Shown here one piece after another: positions 13,839 through 27,406 of a stretch of 64,000 nt of DNA. The notes below the pieces were generated by a model. It saw only the letters and a program-made list of their open reading frames with translations, made no database searches and was not told the origin of the DNA. Position numbers and translations under genes: made by a program. Origin of the DNA: Octopus bimaculoides (taxonomy: Eukaryota); assembly GCF_001194135.2 (NCBI RefSeq), contig NC_068994.1, positions 2,905,482 through 2,969,481 of the forward strand. The letters run 5' to 3'. The stretch's first letter is position 1. Every line of letters starts with the position of its first letter.

Positions 13839-14219
13839 CATTAAGATAAGAATGTGGCAATGAGTCCTGCTGATCAAAAATGTTACGGTAGTATTGAAAC
13901 ATCAAACAACCTTAGTGAGACATTACCCTGGAACAAAGAATGGAACTATGTCTAGAATAAAGGAGACATTAAAAATCAAGCAATGGGAGCATCAGGTAAT
14001 AATGAAATAAACAAAAAAATTCAAACAACAAATAAAAATTTCCCTTAAGAAACATAACCTAGATATATTCAAATATTTGTCATGGAAACAAATTAAAACA
14101 TCATTAAGTAGTTTCCCCTTATTCTTATATAATTTCCAGAATATAGCAAGTACCAGCCAAACATACCTCTGACACCAAAGAATGAACAAGAACAAGAAAT
14201 CTATTCAGAGTTTATGTAG
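13839..14219 (+). pseudogene. Orphan Pcdh exon 2 (13839-13995) and exon 3 (14140-14219) with no ectodomain exon upstream
   Basis: Splice sites and phases are intact. Exon 2 has in-frame TAA (13842) and TAG (13953, where paralogs have TGG). Exon 3 reads (E)YSKYQPNIPLTPKNEQEQEIYSEFM*. Confidence 0.8.
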
Positions 14220-14701
14220 TGTAGTAATTATATCTTGCTTGTTTGGTTCTCATTAACAATAGAAAGAATTTCGATATAAATTATTTGTTTCAAGCAATAA
14301 TGAGTACTGCTTAAGATAATATTCAATGGTTATAAAATTTAAACTTGATCATTTAAGGAAAAAATTCTTTTAAGATTCAATTAAGCATATTTTATTTATT
14401 TATTTATTTTTACTTTAAAACTTTTGATATTTCAATTAAAATCAAATATTGCCTAATTTTTTTAAAATACAGTAGATAAATAATATAAACTCAAAACATA
14501 AAATTGAAGATAAAATTTCTGTAAAATGGAAATGCATTATGTGAGTCTACGCAAATTATACAGTTAAAGTCAGTTGATGTTATCTTCATTTTTACATTAA
14601 AGTTTATCAATTATATATAATAATATATTGTGCATATACACGCACACACATAAACACATCATTAGTTAAGCATTTATGGTCCTGATTCTACCTCCCACTC
14701 C

Positions 14702-14848
14702 CTGATTCACACCAGCACACAGCTATTGTCAAACTACTACATCAACAAGCAGCTATTTTAATACTACTACTATAGCAGCAAAAGCAGGCTACACCAGTAT
14801 GTATCTCTCTCTCAGAATCTAAAATGGGAAAAGGATTAACCAATGAAG
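14702..14848 (+). promoter_or_regulatory. Putative promoter / leader exon L3 of Pcdh B
   Basis: CTGATTCACA (14702-14711) and ggattaaccaATGAAG|gtatgt donor (GT 14849). Confidence 0.65.
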
Positions 14849-16831
14849 GTATGTCTTTTTATATTAAATTGCTAATTTTTATTAAAATGAAATAATCTAA
14901 ATTATTAACAGCTAAATTAGCTACCATGACATATATATATACACACACATAAAACTAAATAATATATGCATATTGGGACTAGAGCAGCAAAGATTAGAAA
15001 GATTTAACCATTATTTCCATAATTACCAATAATAGCAGCAATAACATAACCACCACTAAAAGGAAGGAATATTTCCTTCTCAGTTACAATTACCAAAACA
15101 AACTGACATCTAGACAGAAGGTACTAAATTAATAAACGTGTTATATATATTGCTATGACATGATTTTTACCCAAGCTCACAGATTTTTCACTGTGTATTT
15201 GGAAATAATGATTCCAAATAATATAATATTGATGTTTAAAGCATATTTGTGTTAGTTTGTGAATATGGAATAAATGAATGAATAATTCTATTATTTTTTA
15301 AAATATATTTTTAATTAAACATTGAATAGATTTATTATGATAAGACTTCTTACAAACCAGCAAGAACTCTATACCTGTTAGAAATAATATCCAAATCTCC
15401 CTTAAATTCTACCTTATTGACTTGCAAATTGAAGGGACACAGAAAAAGTAGTGCAGGGTATATATTGCCTGTAACAACATGAGATGGTGATGACATCAGA
15501 ATACCTTTGATCATAGGTCTACTCTGTCAGGGAGAGAGATGGTTATGAAATCAGAATAGGTTCATCAATAGGATGGTTATGAGATCAGAATATCTTTAAT
15601 CATAGGTCTGCTCTATCTGCTCTAAAAACAACTAACTTCTGTCTCATCAAACAAATCCCTTTTGATAAAGCAAAATATAGGAGCCAGATGCAAACTGAGT
15701 ACAGATCTTCCTGAAATATTAAGTGATAATTACGAATCCCTCATAAAAACAATGTCTTTACTGATGATAATATGGATAATAATAAAGCAACTTAGATATT
15801 AAAAATTAACCTAGTTCGATATTCCAAACTGTCTTATAGAATGTTAGGATATATTTTTGCTTTTAACATTTTTTCATTGCTTAAAGATAAATGCTAAAAC
15901 AACAAAAGCTTTTGCAGAATTTCAACATGAATCTGATACTTTTGATTCTAAATTAATTATAAAATAAATAACTGATATAATGCATTCTCATAAATATTCA
16001 TTTCAATTAAAGTTAATTTACTACATAACAAATTGTATAAGTTTTTCAATATCTGAACATCAGAAAATACTTTTGTTAGATAATATGAGGTTCTTGAGAA
16101 GACCTGCCCATATCAGTGAAGCTGAGTTCTATAAGTGCTGAGTGTCCCACCCACACATAAGAAAACTTCTCACACACCCTGCCACAACAAACCAAACTAC
16201 ATCTCTTCTCTTCATCACATTTCCACTTTATGCACTAGGTTTACCTCCCACTCCCCAATCCTGTCCTCATGTATTATTGTTTCTCTGTATTATTGATATC
16301 CAGTAGCACCCAGTCTGTGTGTTCCACCCACATGTAACAAGAAAACTTTTCACACATCCTACCCCAACAAACCAATCTACATCTTTACACCACTTCTCTT
16401 CCTCACATTTCCTCCTTCATGCACTATGCCTACCTCTCACTCCCCAATCCTGTCCTCACAGCCTGGTTTTTCTGTATCACACTGCTATCTAATAGCCCAC
16501 CCCACCTCTCACTCTATACCCAGGTTTTCTCCACTCACTTACCCTCTGCACTCTCTAATCATGTTTCTTTGACAATATCCTGCCACTTATATTGTGATTT
16601 TCAAACCTCAAGGATATGCTGTAGTACTTGCCACCATTTATATCTCTCTCTGCTTTTACTCAACCATCTCATTTTTATTTTGATCATCGTCCCTTGTGAG
16701 TATGCCCAGCAGTTTGCCACCATCTCTGTCCTGATATCTCCCATTCTCTCTCTCCTTCTCCTGCACTTCCCTCAGATTGGGTAACCATGTATTTCCTTTG
16801 CAGCAGCACACCTGTTTCTGTCCTCATTCCT

Positions 16832-16902
<71 letters not shown>

Positions 16903-17074
16903 CCCTCCCCCACCAGCTGGGTAACCTTGTACCTCCTCTTACAGCAAGACACCGGTTTCTGTTTCACTATAGCCTTTCACCATCTGACACAAGATGACCT
17001 CCTCCAATACCCACTCCCCTCTCAAAAGATTTCTGTTTTGCAGGCTACTCAGTGACCCTGTTAGTGCAGGTGCC

Positions 17075-17351
17075 ACTTAGAAAGCATCCAGTCCACACTG
17101 TAAAGTGGTTGGCATTTGGAAGGGCACCCAGCTGTGAAAACCTTGGCCAAACTGACCTCACTTGTGCCACGTAAAAAGTATTAAGTCCATTCTGTTGGGT
17201 CGTTGGTGTTAGGAAGGGCATCCAGCTGTAAAAATCTTGCCAAAACAGTCACAGATATCTGGTACAGGCTTCTGCCAGGCCGGCTCCTGTCAAACCATCC
17301 TACCCATGCTAGCATGGAAGGTGGACGTTAAACAATGATGATGATGATGAA
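17075..17351 (+). mobile_element. RTE 3'-UTR-derived repeat ending in (ATG)n
   Basis: Reverse complement of the 5470 and 12000 copies (gcatccagctgtaaaaatcttgcc...catgctagcatggaagg...atgatgatg). Confidence 0.65.
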
Positions 17352-18261
17352 TAACTGAATTGAATTTTGTGTTTGTTATTTGAAGATAGAATGGTGAATA
17401 CTTGCTTAAGTTTAAGCAAAAGAAAATGTACTTATACACAAAGTACTTAGATGAAGAGAGTATAAATGTGAGAACTCAGTAAGATGGTGCCTGTATCTCA
17501 CTGATGCTTTAGTAAAGAATCACAATAGGATGTAGCCTTAATGAGAATACACCCTCTTCCATCTACTTCATACACAACATTTTATATAAACTCCTAAAAT
17601 TTGAATTCTAATGTAAGCATACTTTGTGTCTTGCCTATGGATTTTGTCTTGACTTCAAGTTAATTAGAACATAAATTCTCATCCTTATGTTGAGGTTGAT
17701 GATATTCATCAAATTCACTCAGATCATTTTAAAAGGAATCTATCTGTAGTTTAAATTACTATGAATTTCAAGAGATATAATTTATTTATTATGTGCTTTA
17801 GGTGTCCTTCACTTGACTAAGAGATAACTTTTGATGCAAAAATTCTGATAAAATAATAATGTAAGCAGTAAGTAAGTTAACACAACATTAACTATACTTT
17901 ATTTCTGAACTACGTAAGCTATGTTAATATTTTGGTCATTCAATAGTGTCATACCCACAACTCGGTGCTAATTTTGCATTAATTCATCTCAATTTCATTA
18001 TTTCAAATTTAAAAAAAAATTCATTAAATTTTAGTTTCATTCACCACTTCATGACATAAATTTCCAAAATAGTTCCCAATATTATTTTTGCAAAAAGAGG
18101 GGCAACACGTATTTCCCAAATATTAATTTGATGCTACAAATATTGTGGATAAATATCATAAATGTGAAGTGATCATTCATGTTGACTGTTTTAATCTAAT
18201 AATAGAATTTCCATTTGTTTTTCAAGATACTGAGAGTCTGCAGGATTTGTGAAGAATCATA

Positions 18262-20658
18262 ATGACAAAAGAGAGTGGCTTATTCATCTGTCTACTACAT
18301 ACTTTACTACACTGTGTTCTAAGTGTAGATATCACTTACCATGTCAACGAAGAAGATAGTCCTCACACTTACATAGGAAACATTGCTGCTGATTCTAACT
18401 TTTCTCAATCTCTCAAACATCATCAAGGAACTCCCATTACATTTACACAGTTGCAAAGAACAATGTCAATGGGATCTCACTTATTCAATGTCACTAATTC
18501 TGGGAAACTATACACTACACACACACTTGATGCTGAGTCTCTATGCATTTACAAAAAAGAATGTTTTAAAATTGTCAAAGTAGCTGTTAGGAAAGAAGAA
18601 GCATTCATAAAAATATTAAAGATAAAGATAATAATTGATGATATTAACGATAACCAACCAGAGTTTCCAGAAGATCAAATTAAATTAGAATTTGATGAAA
18701 CTGAAGCAAAAGGTTCAACAAAATCAATACCAAATGCTGTGGATAAAGACATTGGTATTTTCAATTCTAACATCACATATGAACTGAAAGATAAAAGTAA
18801 TACATTTATATTATCAATATTCAAAGAGTTTGATGGAATGAAAATACTTAAAATAGCACTAGAAGGTAAGTTAGACAGAGAATTAAAAGACACTTATATG
18901 TTACAGTTAGTTGCAAAGGATAGTGGTTCTCCTCCCAAAGAAGATACTCTGAACATAGAGATATCTGTTATTGATGTCAATGATAATAGACCTATGTTTT
19001 CTCAGCAGATGTACAACATCACAATTAGTGATACACATCATACATCTTCTCCTGTTTTTGTTTTATCAGCTACAGACTTAGATTCAGGTCAAAATGGTAA
19101 TATCACATATAACTTTTATCAAAAAACAAGCTCTTATCTCAAAACACATTTCAAACTGAAACCAGATGGAGAGATATTCCTAAATGAGGATTTTTACAGA
19201 AATAATCAACAAAAATATAAATTATATATTCAAGCCAAGGATAGAGGAAAACCATCTTTAAGTTCTTCAGCCACACTAATTATCAATGTAATAAGCAATC
19301 AAAATAATCTTCCAAATATAAACATAGATTTTGTATCACCTTTAACAGTGAATTCTGCTGCTATTTCAGAAGCAAGTAAAATTGGGAGTTTTATAGCTTA
19401 TGTTATGGTCACTGACACTGATAGTGGACCTAATGGACAAATTAAATGCAATATTCACCATAAAATGTTCCAGCTTTCTAATATGGGGTCTAAAGAGTAT
19501 AAAATATTAGTCAAAGAACCTCTTGACAGAGAAACTATAGATCATTATGTTGTTTCTATTGAATGTCATGATATGGGATCACCTCCATTGAAGACTAAGA
19601 AACAGTTTTCTGTCAAAGTAACTGATGTCAATGATGTAGAACCACATTTTACCAAAGAGACATTCCAATTCCTCACCTATGAAAACCAGAAAGTTGACTT
19701 CCCTATTGGCTTCATCAATGCTACAGACCCTGATCTTGGAGATGGAGGCCAACTTACATATTCTATCATCAATGAGAACAAAAATGATAACATTCCTTTC
19801 CAACTGACAAAATATGGATTTATTTCTACATCACAATCAATAGATCGAGAAGTAAAAGACATCTATAATTTACAGGTTTTAGTCAAAGATAATGGGACAC
19901 CATCACTGAATAACACTGCCAATATTCTTATAGAGATTCTAGATAAAAATGATAATGCTCCATATTTTATATTTCCTAATAATGATCCTTACAATCTAGA
20001 TGTCCACTACCATCCACACAGTAAGAAGGACATCTCAATTCTGAAAGCATCTGACAAAGATTCTGGAAACAATGCTTTCCTCACATATGGAATACTGAGA
20101 TCCAATGATAAAAACCTGTTTACAGTGAACTCACACACTGGTGTGTTATCTTTCTCTCGCACAGTTTACCAAAATGATGCAGGAACATATGAGCTGCAGT
20201 TTATAGTGAAAGACGGTGGTACTCCAGTTCAATCAGCAACAACTGCTATCATATTAACACTGTTTGTTAGTAATGATACATCTCCAATGTTAACTGCTGT
20301 CCACTCAAAGTCTGGTAACAACCTGAATATGACTTGGATAATTATTATTGTAGCAGCAGCTGTAATACTATCTGTGGCCATTGTAGTGTCAATAACACTA
20401 TGTGTTTTCAGATGTATTAATCATATTAATAATTCACAAACAACAAAAAATAATCCAAAATTTCTTTCAAGGACTGAAATGAGGCAAATATTGTATCAGA
20501 CTAACAATCCTGTAGCAATAACTAGAAATGCAGAAGACATATTTAACAGAAATCTTCAGTCAATAAACCCCAAAACTTCCTATTACCCAGAGATGGAACA
20601 GCCAGCCAATGAATGGAAATTCTCAACAACACCTAGGCGATTGCCACCAGTTCCACAG
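18262..20658 (+). CDS. Protocadherin B, large exon (SP, EC1-EC6, TM, proximal tail)
   Basis: 810-aa ORF colinear with gene A. Phase-0 donor CAG|gtaaga at 20659; candidate acceptors at 18226 or 18243. Confidence 0.95.
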
Positions 20659-20767
20659 GTAAGATATTTATTTCCCATAGTTTTATTTAGGTAGCAATCA
20701 TTATTATAATTTTTGTGAAATTTGTCCTTCTGTAACATAATTTCTGGTGTGTTTACAACTACCCCTC

Positions 20768-20805
<38 letters not shown>

Positions 20806-20809
20806 GTAT

Positions 20810-21190
20810 GTGTTGGCACTCCGTCGCTTACGACGTCGAGGGTTCCAGTTGATCTGATCAACGGAACAGCCTGCTCATGAAATTAACGTGCAAGTGGCTG
20901 AGCACTCCACAGACACGTGTACCTTTAACGTAGTTCTCGGGGATATTCAACGTGACACAGTGTGACAAGGCTGACCCTTTGAATTACAGGCACAACAGAA
21001 ACAGGAAGTAAGAATGAGAGAAAGTTGTGGTGAAAGAGTACAGCAGGGTTCGCCACCATCCCCTGCCGGAGTCTCATGGAGCTTTAGGTGTTTTCGCTCA
21101 ATAAACACTCACAACGCCCGGTCTGGAAATCGAAACCGCGATCCTATGACCACGAGTCCGCTGCCCTAACCACTGGGCCATTGCGCCTCC
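20810..21190 (-). mobile_element. Full-length tRNA-derived SINE (~380 bp)
   Basis: Minus strand begins ggaggcgcaaTGGCCCAGTGGttagggcagcgg (A box) with a GGTTTCGATTTCC B-box-like motif. CpG-rich; ends in a microsatellite tail. Confidence 0.8.
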
Positions 21191-21619
21191 TATGCATGTA
21201 TGTATATATATATATATATATATGTGTATATACACAAACACATTTCTTAAAGACATTTAGTTAACTTATTAAGAAACTTCTTACTTTCAAAAGTATTAGT
21301 TTTTTTTTTCTTTAACTCTGCTAAATGTTTTTAATAGTCATGTTGAGAAATTTAAATGCATTTATCTGCATACATACATTCATACATATTGAGAGACAGA
21401 CAGATAATAGTATTGTTATATTTGTATGAATGTGTCCATGTGAATGCATATGTGTGTGCCATTATATAGAGAAAGAGGGAGGAGAGAAAGAAATGTGATA
21501 GAGAAAGAAAGAATGGTAATTCATATTTTTTCATATAAACTTGTAAGAAGCAACTTATTTTAAAAGATCAACTGCCCAGAACCAGCTAGAAATATTGATA
21601 ATTTCTGTTATGTTAGTGA

Positions 21620-22060
21620 CCTAACCAGCAGTGGAGGTGAGTGTTGTGAAAATATAGGAACCAAAGGAAAGGCAGGTGGAAAAGTTCAGGCAGCAATTAT
21701 CTTGGCAACAAAAGTCTTCCTAACGGAGTGAAGGGCAGTTTCTATGATGCTTGGGTATGAAGTGTGAAATTGCATTGTTATGTAATATGGGTAGAAGATG
21801 TGAAGGCTGGAAAGAAATGTGGTGAACATACCTTTTTGAATGTGTTATGAGTATAAATGAGAGAATGGATGCGCTAATGGAAAAATGAGCATAAAAAGAA
21901 TCAGCTGTGGTATGTAGCGGGGAAGACTATAATGGTATAGATACATGAGACATAAGATGGATGACAATTAAGGGAATGAAACTAAGGGATCCAAGTGGAA
22001 GAATTCTGCTGAAGAAGAAGACCTTTCAAAGGAGATTATGATGGACCATAGCCAGTGTTA
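21620..22060 (+). mobile_element. Degenerate RTE-like LINE ORF fragment in intron 1 of Pcdh B
   Basis: gtgaagggcagtttctatgatgcttgggta resembles the RTE VKGRLYDACV motif; many stops and frameshifts. Confidence 0.45.
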
Positions 22061-22283
22061 GGATATGCTGGAGATGAAACATCTAACTCATGTAAGCATA
22101 GAAAAATTAATGTCAAATGTTGATAATGATAAAGGCACTGTATTCTGTATCTTCTATCTTTCCATGTTCCTTATAGTTGCATTGGAGATAGGGTATACAA
22201 ATATACTTTGTGCATCAAGTTGTAATGTAAAAACTTCATATAACTTGTTCCAAGTAACTTTCATGATTATTATTATCTGACAG

Positions 22284-22443
22284 CATTACAATAAGGATGT
22301 GGAAGAGAGTTCAACTGAACAAAAATGTTTTAATGCCAGCATTGTGACATCAAACAATCTAAATGATACACTACCCTCTCTTAAAGAACGGAACCGTGGG
22401 TGGAGTGAAAGTGACATTACATCTCAGAAATCTGGAGCATCAG
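22284..22443 (+). CDS. Protocadherin B exon 2
   Basis: gacAG acceptor, 160 nt, open (HYNKDVEESSTEQKC...QKSGAS), TCAG|gtaatt donor. Confidence 0.85.
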
Positions 22444-22757
22444 GTAATTATATAGTAATTCAGAACATTCTAATTGAAATTATATAGTAATTCAGAACAT
22501 TCTAATTTATGAAAGTAACAAATTTAATAAATAAATTCTGTAAATGAACTCCATAAATGAATTCAATAAATGAAATGAAATTTTATTATTTAGTAAAACA
22601 AAAAATAATTCAAAATAGCTTTTAGCATTTTAAAATAGTTAATGTTAGATTTTATTTCTAAGAAACAAAGAATCATATAGATTTAGTAAACAGTTTTACA
22701 AATGTACATGTCTCATGGAAAACAATACAGTAAACTACGTTTTTATATATTTTTCAG

Positions 22758-22837
22758 AATACAGTAACTATCGACCAAACATACCTCCTACACCAAAACA
22801 TGATCAAGAACAAGAAACTTATCTAGAGCCTGTATAG
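22758..22837 (+). CDS. Protocadherin B exon 3 (terminal)
   Basis: ttttcAG acceptor. Reads (E)YSNYRPNIPPTPKHDQEQETYLEPV*. Confidence 0.87.
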
Positions 22838-23047
22838 CATGCAATCAATACATCATTAGTACTTCTGAAAAATAATGCAAAATAATCTCCCCAAAATTTT
22901 ATCATTTTCTCAAACAATATTCAATTCAGTAAGATGAATGGTTTATAAATATTATTTTCCTTAATTAACATAGAATCTAAATAGCACTTGATAGCATTCC
23001 TGTAAGTCTGTAACTTCAGTTGAATTTTATTCATTATAATACAAATT

Positions 23048-23240
23048 AAGGTGGTGAGCTGGTAGAACCATTAGTGCACCAAGAAAAATGCTTAGCAGCA
23101 TTTCGTCTCTCTTTACATTCTAAGCTCAAATTCCATCAAGGTTGATTTTGCCTTTCATCCTTTCAGGATGCACTGGGGTCAATGTAATTGACTTAACCCC
23201 TCCCCAAATTTGCTGGCCTCATGCCAAGATTTGAAACCAA
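23048..23240 (+). mobile_element. tRNA-derived SINE (same family as 10975)
   Basis: aaggtggtgagctggtagaa head, gctcaaattcc B-box-like motif, gattttgcctttcatcc core. Confidence 0.65.
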
Positions 23241-23441
23241 TATATAATACAAATTATAGATAATGTTCAATTTATATACACATTATTTGAGAAAAGAATG
23301 TAATTCTAAAATATTTTGCTTAAAAAGTAATAGCAAAGGTATATTTTATCCACATACTATCAATTCCTTTCTCACCTTTCATGATCAGAACTATTTATCA
23401 ATAAGTGATTAACATGAAAAGAGAGGGAGTGGATGTTGTAA

Positions 23442-23477
<36 letters not shown>

Positions 23478-24127
23478 CTGAGAGAATTATTGGAAAGATA
23501 GGTGAAGTGAAGTGAAGTGAAGTGAACTAGTTAAGTTTAGGAGCTGATGCTAGTTCAAGGACTGTTTTTAAGATTTTGTCTTCTACTTTAAGAAACTTAG
23601 GTATTTTTTTTAAATTACATTTTGTAATTTGAAAATTGTAATTGTAAAAATGAAAAGTAAAATACTTTATTAAATAATGGTTAGAGTAAAAAAATTGAAG
23701 TTAAAATCTACTGAAGAAAAATAGCACCATTTTATTTACTTCGTAAAATTTTTATAAGCTACTTTCATAAATTTAGCCATACATACAAATTGACAGTACT
23801 CAAGATACTGTTTCAGCTTCACACCAATTATTATGTACCAATCTACCTGGAGAAAAAAAATGGCTGAACTTAGGTTCTTGGGGAGAGAATGCAGCTCCTT
23901 AATTCATATGATAGAAATGATTATATCATTTAGAACAATAAAATTCTCCAAGATCTTAAGATTTAAAGAATAAACAAAAGTAGATGATTTCCTTCATAAC
24001 CTTGCAGGTGGCTGATCAAAATCAAGTCTAAATTAAAAAGAGAAAAAGAACATACATACAACCACACACATACATATCTATGTACATGTGTATGTATTCA
24101 TTGCTTTTTGCTACTCTATCCTACTGC

Positions 24128-24247
24128 CTGATTCACAATTCCAGTTCATCAATATATTGCTATTGCAAAATCACTGCTACACAGGAATACTATACCAGGA
24201 TACATGTCTAGTTACATACTGTAACAACAATGGATTGGGCAATGCAG
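24128..24247 (+). promoter_or_regulatory. Putative promoter / leader exon L4 (positional leader of Pcdh C)
   Basis: CTGATTCACA (24128-24137), ggatacatgt...ttacatactg and ggattgggcaATGCAG|gtaagt. Aligns along its length with L1. Confidence 0.65.
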
Positions 24248-24379
24248 GTAAGTCTTACTAAATTGTAATTTTGATTTGCTATATTTTCAGATATGCATCT
24301 TTTAATATTGAAACACAATAGATATATAACTAAAATTAAGTGTACAAGTCATTAAGAAAAAATTGCAGGATCTAATTGT

Positions 24380-24570
24380 GGACATATGATGCATATTAAC
24401 GAAGACAGGTGTATAAAGAAGTGCTAATTGCTTAAAGTGTATAGCACCAGTGAAAGAGGAAGACCCAAGAAGACAAGGGATGAAGTAGTGAGGGCTGATC
24501 TCAAAATATTGGACCTCACAGAGGAAATGACAATGAAGCTAGATGCCTGGTGATATGAGGTTCTTGAGAA
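24380..24570 (+). mobile_element. RTE LINE 3'-end fragment
   Basis: agaggaagacccaagaagaca...gatgaagtagtgagggctgatctc encodes an RGRPKKT..EVVRADL-like motif. Confidence 0.55.
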
Positions 24571-27227
24571 TCCTCACCCACCTCATCTTCTATTCCTCAC
24601 ATCTCTTCTTCTTCATGTTGTACACTTATATCTCCCTCCTGCAGAAGATGATGATGATTTAAGTGTAAACTGATGTTGGGTTGCATTCTTTCTCGTCAAA
24701 AAGTACCAAATGCTAAGATCCCTATGATCAACTAAAATGAAAACAGTACCCTAGCATTGCTGCAGTCAACTGACTAAAATCAGAAAACATTCATTTATTT
24801 TTAGGTTAATTTGATTACTCAAAAAGCAGTCACATACTAACAGTATTGCTTCATAAACAACTATATTGACTCAAATTCTTATCTTATATACTCATAATGA
24901 ATGAATCTTGTACATACTACTCTATTGTTTATAAATTATATGTTATATAAATTATATTTATAAATTATATAAGTTCAATTATACCAACTGAATAGGTAGT
25001 TGATCACTGTGTATATATAGACTTATGGGTTGCATTTATGAAGAATTGAATTGATTTCTTATTGGGAACTTGCTTCTTTTATATCAACATACAGCCAGCT
25101 ACATGACACAAAATTCACAATGCTTCCCAGTTTCTGGAAAGTATATCTATATATTGGAATCTCTTGTTCAATATTCAGTTGGCTTCCAGTCCGCTATGTC
25201 AGCTTTTTCTCAACTATAATTTAATCATTATGCTCTCTGATGCCATTAACTGTTAACCAATGCATCCTGAGAAAAGAAAATATAAATAAATTGTCAAACT
25301 TATCCCAAACACTCTGTACATCCATATTGCTTTATTATGCTGTGCTTATTTATTTATATCATTGCATTAAGTACAATAATTAATTAAATTATCCATTACA
25401 CTTCACTTAATGTATTCTCGATGAGTTAATTAATTTTATTACTAATTAATTAATTATATGCATAGATGACTCTCAAGTTTACAAGTATTAGAGGCATATT
25501 CATTAAAGTTTGAAAAATTATGAAAGAATTTCCAGTTTTGAAAAAAAGCAAGTATGCATTTCCGCATGCCATTTACTCAGTTGACTGAGTGTTAATCACT
25601 GTAGATTTATAGATGCTATATAACAAACATGCTACATATACAAATCTACTATAACTCTGAGAATGTGCTGCTAACTCTTTAAGCCTAATTCATATCAAAA
25701 TGATATTATGTGATTTATAAGAAAGCAGAAATCAAGTCTCTTGGATGAAATATTTTCTCCTATATTTTTACATTTCAGAATATAAAAGCAAGCAACCAGA
25801 AGTACTTCTGAAGTAAGAAAAGAAACTATACACAGATAGCAGATAATAATTTTCAACAAATAATCTTCCGACTCTGTTAGCATTTATGATTTGTAGATTA
25901 AATTAATAGCTAATGAGTTTCACTTAAATGTCAAATTCCAAACCAATCCTTATATGAATTATATGCAAATATTAAATTATTTTCTTTTAAGATTCTACCA
26001 TACTTAACATTCTAACAAGATAATATTTTAATCTGATGGTTACAAAAATATTTCCACTATGAAAATAATAGAAACCTTATACAGAGCAAAATGTAATTGA
26101 TGTTTCCAATAGATTTATTTCCAGTTGAAAAGGAAAGATGAATCTGAGTTTCACATAAAAAATAAACAAAAAATGTATATAAAGCACACCAAACACTCAC
26201 ACATGCACTAAAATATATTTCAAAATTTTCAAATTTCTGTTGTGATAATAGATATTTCAACTGAATTAATATTTATCCATGAGATAATTTCATTGCTATG
26301 TGTAGCTCATGATATGCCTTGCATATTAAAGTAATATTGCTAACATTTGAGTTCAGTTTGATTAGGCTTCAAAATGCATCTTATATAAACTGATTGTCAT
26401 AGACTTATTCAAAGTGTTTGTCACCATAAAATTGCTGTAATACATCTCATGAAATATTACACTGAGACATAATATCAGACACAGCCTTCAATAACAATAA
26501 AAAAATAAATAATATAGGTAAGCCTTTAAATTTTTTCTTCACAAATTTGCTGCAATAACGCAGTTTCTTAAAGCATTAAAAATAGCCAAGAAGCTGCAAT
26601 AATATCAGGTATTCATTCTTCAAAAATTTCTGTTAAGGATAATATGAAGGTAGAATCTACAATCAGAGAAAACTAACAAGTAATCCACAAGAGTATAAAA
26701 AATGCCACACAGTATTTATTCCAACTCACTGTACTTTGAGTTCAAGTAGCATTAAAGCCGATTTTGCTTTTCATCTAAGTAGGGTTCATAAAAAAAGTAC
26801 CAATTCAGGGTGGTGGTGGATTGGTGTAACTATCAAAATGTCAGACCAGATACCTTGTAATATTTGTTCTAGATGGGCCTTGTGCTTAGAGTAGAAAAGA
26901 ATATTTGTTCTAGATTTTTGTATTCTATATTCAAATCCTGCTATGGCTTACTTTGGTGGCAGACCTAATCCATTACCCAGCTTAACACCACTACCTCATA
27001 CTTTGGGGGCCTTTGGTGGGATCCACTATATTGCAAGCATTTGAGTCAGGCTTTGGTTTAAGAATACCTCCTTCCCACCAATCTCAGAAACCCTGAAAAG
27101 AGTCATAAGCACTGCCTTCCATCCTGACTAAGTTTTAAAAAATTAATAAATGTAATTGCCATATGGAAAAGAACAAAAGCATTTTGAGATCAGGCCCTTA
27201 AAATTATTTAAGCCTATTTCTCATTAT

Positions 27228-27368
27228 ATTATTTACATTATTTACAAGACAGGTATTTGTCCTCATTTTGTTTGTTGTTAACACATTTCGGCTGATATAC
27301 CCTCCAGCCTTCATCGGGTGTCTTGGGAAATTTCGAATATGGGTTCTCATTCCTAAGATATTTTTCAA

Positions 27369-27406
<38 letters not shown>

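Noticed and set aside
22445-22506. ~31-bp tandem duplication directly after the gene B exon-2 donor
   Set aside because: Does not duplicate the exonic CAG|GT context; probably neutral slippage.
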